Below are positions 24,001 to 35,943 of a DNA stretch of 64,000 nt, in pieces; within the stretch, counting starts at the first letter, position 1, and the number at the start of each line of letters is the position of its first letter. The DNA lies in the NCBI GenBank assembly GCA_003344405.1, contig NOWV01000156.1:1-64000 (forward strand), read 5' to 3'. The notes beneath the pieces are model-generated. The model searched no databases. It saw nothing but the letters and a program-made list of their open reading frames with translations, and was not told where the DNA came from. Position numbers and translations under genes: made by a program. Origin of the DNA: Trichoplax sp. H2 (Eukaryota).

Positions 24001-27000
24001 GTACAGCCTATTTATAGAAATTTTAAGGTCTAAAAGCCAGAAATAGCATCTATTTCTCAGTATCCTTCATAAGTCTAAACCGAAAATTGTTACTCCTAGC
24101 TCAGACCAAAATTTAGCTTATAAGCCAGCTGAGGTTAGCCCAGATCTTAAATAGATATAAGAGTATGCTATCTGATGATTTATCCAATACTTTAAAGAAA
24201 ATTACTTTATTTGGCTTAAGAAATATTGCATATTCTGTTAAGTAAGAAATCAATTGAAAAAATTTGAAATTTAAAAGAACATTATTATATGCTTAGAACG
24301 CTAGCCGATACTATATCACTTCGTTTCATAGATTGACCGACATTACTATTACCTCGTAAATATGATTAATAGAAAAGGAAAAACTAAAATTGCGTCTAAA
24401 CCATGACCTTGACCAAATTAATCTTTTGGTTATCAGCTGGTTTTTTATCACTCATAAGAGTTTTTTTAATTTATGAAAAAAAACATATCATTAAAAGTTA
24501 TGGCATTCAAATTTACGGCGATGTCAAACAGTTATTTTGCTAATTATATATACATATAGTAAGTGAAATCTATCTCAGATTTATAACTTTATACCACACT
24601 TAAAGTCTTTTCATTCCAAAGACATAAATATCGCTAATTTTTATGTTTCTATCTCAGCTGTTGCGGTACTGACCCGACTAGTTATTATAACTGTTAGCGC
24701 TACCAATTTTAGTCATGTTACTTTACGGCAGCTTACATCTCGATTTACAGTAGTTGCCTTCAATCTTCTGCGATTTATAGTACTCAATAGAAATCTATTT
24801 TTTTATTCAAACGCATCAGTACATGTAAATCTGCGATGACTACCAAATTTACCTATACCAATTTATTCTACCCCATTACAGTGCTGAATCAGTAAACTTT
24901 CAAAACTTGATTTAAATGTATAGGATGCACTAAGGATCATATATCTAGATATTTTAATGGTGAAATAATAATACATTGTATACCGTAACATATACAATTT
25001 AACTTCCAAAAGACCAGTAGTGTGCTACGCGTAAATAATACCTAACTACAATTTACTACACCAGGCCATTTAATACAGCACATATCCTATTAAATACTGT
25101 GGAGAATCAATATATTGATGCTTTGATAGAATAGATCCAAGGTTGATCTAATTTAGGTAAGGTTACTGAATCATACTAACTGCAAATGAAATTTCCCTCA
25201 TTCTAAAAATAACGTTGATTAGTTGAGTAAGAATTGTTAAGAATGATAATTTATTCAAATAAGTCATCATTAATTAATGTTATATTGGTCAATGTTTTAA
25301 ATAAATGCTAAGTTAAAGAGTTTCGATTATTAGCCGCAGCATATGTATACGAGTATACTACGATGACAATTACAGTATGGAAATGCATTTAATACAATCA
25401 GTATTACTAAACGAATTTTTTTAACAACTTTGAATTATAAAATAAAATTAGTATTCTTTACTAATATCGATTCATAAGATATCTTACGATTAAGACTATT
25501 ACTAATATTCTTTAAGCGGTCGCGAAAAAGATCAGAAAATTTTGTTATTGATAAAATATAATTGCTGTAATAAGCTACTATTACTATATGACTGCAGCCT
25601 TCTAGTTTCTATTTATATAGTGTTTATGAATAAAAAGGAAAGATTCTGTCGAATTATTTCTATATCATACCGATATACTATAGATTTTAAGTTTTGCAAT
25701 ACATTAACTTATAACACTCACAGTAGATTTTAATACCTACCAATGTCAGAAATTTTTAGTGGCTTATTTGTGCTTTAATTGCATTTATAGAGTTTGTTTG
25801 TAGTAATACTATCAAACTTAACAAATTTTGTGAATGAATTCGGTATATGCCTATTTAATGCAATGACTTTATTAAATAACTTATCTAGATAAATATTTGG
25901 ATAGTTGCTTCTAAATTCTGCTGGTCTTTTGCTTGTTTAAAGTGATAACAGGGCTTCAATCATAATATTACATAATACAACACTTTCCTAAATTAATTGA
26001 GTTAATGTCATACAAATCGAAATACTTCGTTATAGCAGCCCATTGTACCGTAATGCAGCTGTTGAAAGAATGACGATCGTCATACCAATTGTGAAATTGA
26101 TACTCTAGCAAAAATACAAAGCTCTATCTATAGCTTCATAATCATGGATGATTGCAAAGATCAATGGTAAAGATTAATCAATTACCTACAGTAAGCTCTC
26201 ATTAGGACAAATTTAGTTTAATAAACTAAATTAATCTTGTTAGAAGTAGTTTAATAACGTACATTGAAATCCTTTCATATTTTTAGTCGCAAAATGACCA
26301 ATAAAATTGAAATATATGAAAACTTTGTGCATTTTGTTTCATCCATTATTTAATTAAAATTAATAAATAGAATGCGACAAATCTTTTTTCGACACAATTG
26401 ATCGCAACAATAAAACGATATTTTCGTTTCTTAATTTCCAATAATATCGACCTGATGTTATTTACTATGATAGTATGGGAAACGAGTACTCTTTTCATTA
26501 CTAATGTCAACTACAGCTACGCGTAATTAAAGGGGCTAAATTGTATCAATTCCAGTCAAAAAATTTTAGACATATTAGTTGATATCTTCAATTGAATATT
26601 ATCATTATCCAATAAAAGGTCGAACAAGCAGAAAAATCTCTCTGTGATTAAACCAGTTTATTTTTGGCATTTCTTTGCAGGGTTAAGATTCTTTATTGAC
26701 TATAAAATATCAAGCGTTTATTACGAGGCTAGTAAACTGGTTGGGTAGAAATAAAACAAAGACATTCAGTTTAATAGAAAAAATCTTTATTCAGACTTTG
26801 ATCATTGAATAGTAGATATTTTTAGCATGAACAGTGTTGTTTTTGCTTTACAACTAACAATTAAATCGAATTTGATAGTTTGTTTGGAGACATCATGAAT
26901 GGTAAATGTTCATGCTTAAATTGTATTTTATTTTATTGAGTGAAATTCATCGATAATATTGAATTATGACCAAAAAGTAACCAAATTTAATTTGAGCTAC

Positions 27001-27295
27001 GAACTATTTGATATAGGTACATCTAGTAGTCCTTACTTGAGTTAATTATGTATCATGAATATTCTTAAACTAATCATTTCTATTAACATAAGTCTAAAAA
27101 TAATCATAGTCGCCGCGATGACGATTGAATTTGGAAATATACCGTATATTAATATCATAAATAAAAGGTAAAGAACCACTCTTTAACTGGGTAGTCAGCA
27201 TAATTTGAATTAATCATAGTGTAACTCTGTCCTTTGACTAATTTTTGACTTTGTTTACTGAAGTTGACCGCGTCAAGATGTCTACGTCAATATTA

Positions 27296-27362
27296 ATTTA
27301 CCATTTCCGTATTGTAGAGCTAGCAAATTATTTGCTAGCTCTACAATACGGAAATGGTAAAT
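27296..27362. repeat. Perfect inverted repeat, 33 bp arms with a 1 nt spacer
   Basis: ATTTACCATTTCCGTATTGTAGAGCTAGCAAAT-T-ATTTGCTAGCTCTACAATACGGAAATGGTAAAT, no mismatches. Confidence 0.97.
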
Positions 27363-29346
27363 GCAAATAGCTTCCTAAAGCATTTCTGATATACTTCTTT
27401 TGATTCATTAAGCCTTTTATCATAGCGCTATTGATCAAGAATTTATTACTTCAGTGTTAGTAGCACTATAAATTGAGATAGACTATTGTAAAAACAATTA
27501 GTGATTAATAATCGTAATGCTAATTCTAAGTGATGAGACTACGGCAATTAGACAATAATTCTTTTATGTAATTTTTATGCACGTCAAAGATCGATTTCTT
27601 AATTTTGATTCAGTTGAGAATCGAAACTGTGTGATACTATTTATAAAATCAAGTATTAAATAAGTAATTATGATTTGACCATATGTGTATTATATGTATA
27701 TTAATTAAAAAAACTGATTGATTTAACAGATTTTATCCTTCTATTTTGAAATATGAGATAATATTAATTCATTAATTCTGGCCTAATGCAAGGTAAGCTA
27801 TTTCGATGGCGGTTTTAGATGGCGAATATTTATAGCTTGAGTTAACGTGATTGATACAATTAACAAAAATGAACTAATACTGATGTAATTTAACGGATTT
27901 TGTAGCGTAAATTCGATACCTATTTACAAAATTTATTCTAGACTGTGATAGTATCTAGCGAATATTTGTTTTCAGGATGACTTTTTTAGCCATTGTCATT
28001 TGTTACTATTATAATCTCCTTCAAAATTTATCATTTTTAGTTGAAACATGTTTTCTTGCCGATCGCGGATTACAGAATTTACAGTAAACATGCTAAACAC
28101 TTCTGGCTTCAACTCCTTAATAGTTGCTTACCGACGAAATCCACTAGATCATTTCTTTCTTATTATTGAATTACAGAAATCTGAAATCAATACTAGATTG
28201 CCACATGGTAATTGTCTTGGTTTAAACTATCGTATAAGAGCCGTAAAAACTTGATAATTCGCTTGCTAACTGACTTTGATAAGGATTTGTTTTATTATAA
28301 GATTCATTGAATAGTATAGTCTTAACTTCAAGCTTGCCTATTGAATGAGACTAGGGCTTGAAGAACTGAATCATAATATCTGTAAATAACAGATGATTTT
28401 AGAATGCGGTATAACCCTGCATGAGATTTTGTATCTTCTGCTATGTTTCGTGCATAAAATTATTATTCATGTAATATTGTTTATGTAAATATAGCAATGC
28501 ACGGTAGTTTTTGTAGTGCTGGCCATATATTAATGATCAAAATTGTTAATTATGTTCTTCTTTCGCTTGATAAACCAAACCAAGTATTATCCAATCTATA
28601 GTCATGTCACACAAATTAAGCCACGAAAACATATTTGATTACTTGAATATCCGTATAAATTTCGTTACCAAGCTGATACATATAAAGCCATATAGCCGTT
28701 CGAAAAATGGAGTAGCGTTCACTATTTCTATCGTATAAGCATAACAAAGTAACAGGTTTTATCGTTTCGATAAATTAAATTTAATCTATCGAGAAGTCAT
28801 AAAAGTAAGAATGAGCAATGACACATAGATTGATGAGGCTTCATAATTTCACATCAAGCTTTCCATAACTTGAGAGGGAATTTAATAACGCATCTCAAGA
28901 ACTAATAAAATGTCTATACGATATAACATCAATATCTAATAAATATTACATATGTATAACGTAAGAATTTAATTCTCCAGATTTACGTAAAGTTTATAAA
29001 TTTTAATGTATAAAAGTACTCTCATAATGATACTAAGTTGATTCTTCAAATTTTTATATTACTTTTTCAAAGATGAAAAATCAACTATTTCTGCCAATGG
29101 TATAATAATTTGCGATGACAATTTACATATTCTAATGAAGTTTTCACATCTAAAGTCGCGCCAAGATACTCGTACCGAAGCTTTAGATTATCCAAATTTT
29201 ACTTAATATCAGGTGTTTTATAATTTCAAAACCAACTATTATTATAACGCAAAGCAGAAACTTGTTTTACAATAATTACAGTGGTAAAAGTATTGCTGTA
29301 CCAGAAAAAAGCTCATTAGCGACTACAAATTAAAACTGTTGCGCTA

Positions 29347-31017
29347 CTATGGCTGTAAAATAATGCGCGTATGTAACATATGCCAGTAAAAGTCATCTAT
29401 TAAATTTTTGAGAGGTCGAATATGACGATAATGCCATTCTTCGATAGTGTGATTATAGTAGACTTCCTTAAATGCTAGTCGAGTTTCCCTATTTAGGCTT
29501 TTTAACGCACTCTGAAGGTAGATTAATTCGTCTATTACTAATACCTTGTACTGCTGATTACCAAGAAGATTTCGATTATTGCCTAGTTTGGCAAACAAGT
29601 TAGAAATACGACTTTTTAATACCCGAAGTATGGATAATAATCGATAGCTCTGACGAGCTGGCATTCGACTACATGTTTCGACTGTGTAGTCTTCAGTTAG
29701 CTCTACATGAAAGTAGTCATTGCATCTCAAGGTACAAATAGCAGCTTCACTATTAACATATTTATGGTATGCATTAACTCTAACAGCTAGGGCCATAAGC
29801 AAAAGAGTAGGAATACTCGCGGGTAAAATCTGACATGTAGGTAGAGAATAAGTTGGACGAGAGAAACCCATTAAAGAGATACCTCCTACTTTTAAACCAG
29901 TTCTTCTTAAGCCGTCGAGTAATCTAGCCCATGTGATCGTGTTACTTAGTCGCTTAACCGTTGGAACAAAGTTATCGTCGCATTCTTCAGCACCTTTATA
30001 TGCTGTGGCACCCCATATTTGATGAAATAATGATTTATACCTTTTCCACTGTGGCTGATCGAGGATATGAGTAACGTCGGGATGAAAATCTAGAACCATT
30101 GGTTCTACTAAATCTTTCAGAGGTTCCATTTCGTTAGCTGTCATACTCCTTAAGCGATTATCCCATATTAAGATAATCATTTCTGGAAAATGTTGCTTGA
30201 TATATTTACATATCTTAACAATATATTCGACATAAACTTGATTTTCATTTAAATGTTGGCCTTTGCAACGATTACAAGTTAAACGTGAATTATAAAAGTC
30301 ATGACCGCCGATATGAATAGCTTTAGCGTTCTTATGTAAATCCATAATTTGTCGTATTATCTCTTTTATAATAGTAACACTTCGATTACTACATGGGCAA
30401 ATTGTCTGGCGTGGAAATGAATCACTCCTGATGTCATGGAATTGATGATGTTGTAATAAATATTCCATTTGACCAATAACTTGAATGTATGGTATTATGT
30501 TTAACTTACTTTTAGAAGCATGAGCTATAATATCTTTGACGTCGTCAATAGTATAACTATGAGGTGATCGAGCTAAACTCAAATTGCCTGCAAATGGGAA
30601 AGAATCATCATACTGTAGCATAACTGATTTGGCTCCAAAGTAGTTTAAATGGGCGAAAATCTTTCGTAGATAATTGATTTTCACCGGATCTTTGCTTAAA
30701 TCGAAATGGACGATAGGACTTAATTTACGTTTGAATGACGGTATACCGATAAACATCTCGTAGATAATATCACGATAGACTCTTAAATCGCTTACTTTAA
30801 TCGTATTCTTACTCTGCACTCCATGATCCTTAGTTAATATATAGTCCGGTTGAAATATCGACTCATTGGAGTAAATCCACGTATCCAGATCTGCTTTAAA
30901 ACTCGTTACATCATCTATTTCTTTAACATTGATAATCTGAATCCATGCAAAATGCAGAAATGTTATAATTATTACCACCATCCATACCGCGCCATGCCCT
31001 CTTCGAAATCTCTGCAT
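29347..31017 (-). CDS. HEXD/HEXDC-like GH20 hexosaminidase-fold protein, copy C: complete, intronless, N-terminal signal anchor, probably catalytically inactive
   Basis: 556 aa ORF. Basic N-terminus followed by hydrophobic VWMVVIIITFLHFAWIQII. HEXD-type motifs IVHFDL..., QYDDSFPF.GNL, IIPYIQVIGQME, IHIGGHDF, IWDNRLR, WGATAYKG, CQILP. Confidence 0.92.
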   Translation of the reverse strand: MQRFRRGHGAVWMVVIIITFLHFAWIQIINVKEIDDVTSFKADLDTWIYSNESIFQPDYILTKDHGVQSKNTIKVSDLRVYRDIIYEMFIGIPSFKRKLSPIVHFDLSKDPVKINYLRKIFAHLNYFGAKSVMLQYDDSFPFAGNLSLARSPHSYTIDDVKDIIAHASKSKLNIIPYIQVIGQMEYLLQHHQFHDIRSDSFPRQTICPCSNRSVTIIKEIIRQIMDLHKNAKAIHIGGHDFYNSRLTCNRCKGQHLNENQVYVEYIVKICKYIKQHFPEMIILIWDNRLRSMTANEMEPLKDLVEPMVLDFHPDVTHILDQPQWKRYKSLFHQIWGATAYKGAEECDDNFVPTVKRLSNTITWARLLDGLRRTGLKVGGISLMGFSRPTYSLPTCQILPASIPTLLLMALAVRVNAYHKYVNSEAAICTLRCNDYFHVELTEDYTVETCSRMPARQSYRLLSILRVLKSRISNLFAKLGNNRNLLGNQQYKVLVIDELIYLQSALKSLNRETRLAFKEVYYNHTIEEWHYRHIRPLKNLIDDFYWHMLHTRIILQP

Positions 31018-31989
31018 ATTGGCAATGATGATAAATGGATGTAATAATCACCTTGAAAGATAACTTAACGGAGATACCAAGATGAGCATTCTATTGCTGT
31101 CTACTAAAGTAGTTGTTTTGGTAGACTCAGAGAACAGCACTGACCAACCTTTTCTTCTTCTCCACACGAGTTCCAGTTGGATGGGATAATATATAATAAT
31201 AATCAATAATAAGTGGTTAGGGCGTTCAGCGCTTTCATCTTTCCCTAAGGCTTGTAACTTTTACAGTACAACGTACAGTACTTGCAGGCTTAGAAAGCTC
31301 ATCAACTTACAGTACAGTACTGTAGAGTGAGTGTGTTCAAGTCAAAATCACTTGACCCAAATTGGTGCTACAGTGAAAACCAAGCCATTGTACAGTACAA
31401 TGTACCCCTGAATGTACAGTACACCGTTTTTAGTCAAGTACGAACGGTGCTGACAATCAACTAGTCCAGATAGAGACCGTTGCCGGTCCAGTACCACCAC
31501 CTTAGTGACGTCAGCCCCTACCGATACGGTACACTGTACTGTACTGTACTACAGTAAGAGTACTGTAACTGTCACTGTATTGCATTGTAGCGACCGAACC
31601 TTCGACAGGTGTACTGTACTGTAGGTCTAGGTACAGTATGCCCAGGCCCTATAAATCATAACGGTTCGAACCGAACCAAACCGAACCTTTCTCAGGTCTA
31701 GTCCGGGATACTGGTCCATCAACTGGTCCAGATAGAGACCCTTGTCGGTCCAGTACCACCGCCATAGTGACGTCACTGCATTGCATTGTGCTGTGTTGTC
31801 GACTGTTCATTGTTCCGATACTGGTTAACAGTCGACAATACAGTATAGCTACAATGCATGCAGTGACGTCACTAGGGTGGTGGTACTGGACCGCCAACGG
31901 TCTCCATCTGGACCAGTTGATTAGCAGCCTAAGCTTGAGGCGGTAAAGGGACCCATGGTATGAGGAAAGCCTTAGTGGCCTTGGTTAAA
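31018..31989. promoter_or_regulatory. Probable bidirectional promoter region between the HEXD-like gene (-) and PCMT1 (+)
   Basis: Divergent start codons 972 bp apart. Locally GC/CpG-richer than the surroundings. Contains three TGACGTCA (CRE) palindromes at 31506, 31768 and 31864, plus TACTG tracts. Confidence 0.65.
31456..31921. repeat. Three copies of a ~70 bp element (two direct, one inverted); copies 2 and 3 form a ~200 bp foldback (MITE-like)
   Basis: atcaact.gtccagat.gagacc.ttg.cggtccagtaccacc.c..tagtgacgtca at 31456-31513 and 31718-31789, with the reverse complement at 31851-31921. Inner arms 31791-31807 and 31827-31843 extend the stem. Confidence 0.88.
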
Positions 31990-34402
31990 ATGGCTTGGAG
32001 GTCTCATGGCAAATCTCATGTCGATCTAATCACTCAGTTAAGAGGTAGTCTAAAATACTAACTTCGAATCATCTTTTATGGTAGAATAATGCAATGGATA
32101 CAAAATTTCAAGTACAATTGTCGCAATTGGCTATGTTTGTCTCGATATAAGCATCACTTGTCATGTTGATCTTGCAACCAAGATTAACGATATTGATTAT
32201 ATAAAGACTTACCGTAACTTGCACACGTTAGTAAGGCAAGAGTGCAAACAGTTGGCATTTGCAATCATAATCATCGTTATTCCTGATACAAATTCTCACT
32301 TAATAGTCCCTGCTAGATAAGTATGCTATACCAGCAGAGTAGATACTCTGCTGTGTAGCATTCTATTTTTGAAAAGCTGATTGTATTTATGCGTATGTTA
32401 AGGCTAATGTCCGTTATCCGGCCATTACGCGTATCGGCCAACTTCGGACATTGGCCGCAAGCTATATACCCGAAATTCAATCTTCAATGCGAGTAATTGA
32501 TTTATTGCAGTACGATGGAATGCATTGACTAGTCTTTAATTACAATCTCGAATTGCAACCATTCAATAAACGCACTTGGAAACCAACAAAAAATGAAGTA
32601 GACTACTTTAGTCAAATATACTATAGATGTAGATATAGAAATGGACGTGTGCAGACTTATGTGTCATGACCTCGTACAATGTGGTCTGTTTAATGTAGAC
32701 ATGTTAACTTCATCTACCATCGTTTTATTTAAAATAAGGTTGATGCAACACAAAGTTAGTTTAGTAAAACTTTCACGATGATTGATTAATGACAATGCGT
32801 TTCCTGCCATGTTTAAATAGTCAACGGTGTTATAACCAGCCCTTATGTCGAGGAAGCAATGCGACAAGTTGATCGAGGCCTATTTTGTTCTCATAACCCT
32901 TATCAGGATTGCCCACAATCGATAGGTAAGGAATTAAACTAAAAAGTAATTCATCGTCAGTTAGCAATCATTGATGACTACTATGCCATATGAGATAAGT
33001 TCTGTTCTTGATCCGCTGTGACTGCCAACATTCATATAACATTACTCTTGACCTTCTAGTTACCGTATATATTGTCATTTCGTGTAAATGACAGCGATGT
33101 TACAATTAGTTTAAAACTGCAAAGTTTGTGCAATCTCAATTTTACAAATAGAGTGTTTGTAGCAATCGTAATGTTCATGCAAATCTTTATAATTTATCTT
33201 GTTTATATCGGATAGTTTATAAAGAGATACTTGATAATATTTTGGTTATAAACACCTTGTTAGGTTATCAAGCAACAATCAGTGCACCTCATATGGTTAG
33301 TGGCGCTTAGGAATTCTTTTAAATTACAACTATCAACTATGTATTGATTAGTAGTATTATACTACGAATTCAGTCATTGTTTTACTACTTGCAAACAATT
33401 CTATCTTACTGGATTTATAAGAGCGATTTTATAAAGTAGGATAGCATATTAAAGTCTAATAATAATCGTGAAGAAAACTAGTAAATGGATCGCTAACTAA
33501 TTCAATGCTATTCATTATAATCATTAGCATGCTCATGCTTTGCAAGTTTTGGCTAGTAACTTGAAGGAAGGTTGCACTATTTTGGACGTTGGTTCTGGCA
33601 GCGGATACCTAACAGCGTGCATGGCCATGATGGTAAGGACTAAGCTCTTGGTACTAAATTAATCTTCTGTTAGTACAAATTAGAAATACATAATCATAAC
33701 CTTATACATTATCTATCGAAACATATACTAGGTTGGCTCAAGCGGTAAAGTCTATGGGATAGAGCATATTCCTGAGTTGATATCGCTGTCTAGAAATAAT
33801 ATCAACAAATTTAATCCTTCCTTGTTGGAAAGTGACAGGATACAACTCATAGGTATGGTATTGCGTCTTGTACACTATCCATTAATCAATTGAATAGCTA
33901 AGCTCAAGAATTAAAAGCTATGAGATATTTCTTACTCGGATAACTGCAAACTATGATGCATTGTAATACAAAGTGTTCAAAATTTTCATTTTCTATTTTC
34001 AATATAGTTGGCGATGGAAGATTAGGGTATGAACTAGGCGCACCTTTCGATGCTATCCACGTTGGTGCTGCTGCACCGGTTACACCTAACGCGGTAAAGC
34101 AAGCCGTAATCATTAAATCAAATTTTGAATGAATTTAGTGTAATAATCAATTTACATAATTTCATGTGCGGTAGATGTAATCAATATTACTATCAAATTG
34201 ATATTTGATGTAGTTAATTGAGCAGTTAAAGCCAGGAGGGAATTTAATTATTCCTGTTGGACCTGCTGGTGGCAATCAACACCTAGAACAATATACGAAA
34301 CACGCGGATGGTAGTGTTACCAAAAAGTCATTAATGTCGGTTATTTATGTTCCTCTTACTAGTAAAGATAGTCAACTCAATGTCAGTTTTCGTCGTTCAT
34401 AG
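31990..34402 (+). CDS. PCMT1: Protein-L-isoaspartate (D-aspartate) O-methyltransferase; 7 exons
   Basis: Exons 31990-32044, 32821-32925, 33264-33295, 33528-33632, 33732-33852, 34008-34093, 34214-34402. They splice to [18 protein letters not shown]...[20 protein letters not shown]...[13 protein letters not shown]...VGDGRLGY...[11 protein letters not shown]...[27 protein letters not shown]...VIYVPLT. Confidence 0.97.
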
Positions 34403-35943
34403 TCCAAATTTTTCTACTTTCAATCCTAAATTTCATGTTAAGCAGGGAAATATCATAAAAGAATGAAATTCATTTATGCTATCAGAAATTGAAGATTTCA
34501 TTGTGTTTTACTTGTCATTCTTTTTCGTTAATCTATGGTGCGCGTAAAGCTGACTCTTATTTAGCGACTGTAAAGGTTTTAAAATTTTATCAAATTACAA
34601 AGTGATTCAGTCATATATAATCACTTAACGGCTTCCTCATTACTTGTTTATTTCTTATGCTGTTTAAATTATTTTATTCCTTTCGCCCGCCAGATCAATT
34701 ACTTGCGTTAGATTGCAATCTCTTCATTACAATAATCTGTGCTATAAGTCAAAGCACAGTAAGCGGTATACACATGTTAATGATATTCATATTGGGTTTT
34801 TCAAGGTTGATGGGCTTTAATGCCAGCAATCTTCACAAATATTTGATCTCTAAACTCGAGTGTATGTATTGTGCAGTGTGTATGTACACTTAAAGCGAAC
34901 TTTATCATATTTTTATTAAATAAGATGATCAGTTTATCTTCCCTAATGAAATTATTTCATCTCGGTATTAATATAGGATAGGAGATACAATACTAAAAAA
35001 TAATATTGTTATTACGTATTTAATTTCATTAAATTTATATGTTATATTACTAGTGAATTTTTTTTGCTAATAAAATCGAAACAAATTGAGCCTAACACCT
35101 TATAAATGAGAAACAGGCTATGATGAGTGCTATTAATAGCATTCCTGTTCATCATTATATTTAAACATGAAAATTATAGCAAATACTAGTAGAGTTAACT
35201 GTTGCTTACAGGTGCTATCTATTAAATTTTTTACGAAGGTTACGAAATTTTTTAAATCAAGAAATTTGCAAAATAGCAAGAACATTAGAAATTGTATTAT
35301 CGACCTACAGAATCATACTTTTAGAATGCTTGTGCAAAGTATATCAGAACCTAGCCGTTACACAACTTAAAATATGTTTTCCTTAATTAGGATAAGAATT
35401 ATGATTCATAGGAAATAATGCACTCAAGTAAGTGCTGAATGCCATGTCATAAATTAATCGTGGCAAAATAATATAATACTCAGGCATCCTTTAATATCAT
35501 CATGTTAGTTTCATAGCTTCAATCATAACTATGTAAGTAGACTTACGTCCTTATGTTGTAATAAAGAGGAACTAAATTTTAGCGTATCCACGAAGTTAGT
35601 GGATTGTCAATACTATAAGTGGAAGATAAAAGGTAACCCATTGCTGTATACAACACAGTATCTACACAGTATCTGTATATTTCCGACCATACTAAAAATT
35701 TATACACTAATGCATATGTCACAAGTGCGACATATGCAAAAGCATCGAAATTAATACAGTCAGGATATAAGTGATTCACGTACATTCTTCTATACTATAA
35801 ATTTTGAAGCATAGATATTTCGCCACCAGTCTAAAAATGACGTTATTTATTTAATTAGTTAACTTAATTAATATAAGTCAAAAGAAGGTCAGATCTTTCC
35901 ATCTAGTCGTAGAACAAAACCCGCTATTTAAGCGCCGATAACG

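Noticed and set aside
31660-31690. GGTTCGA T-loop-like words (also near 17986 and 53607) suggesting tRNAs
   Set aside because: No cloverleaf, acceptor stem or A-box context.
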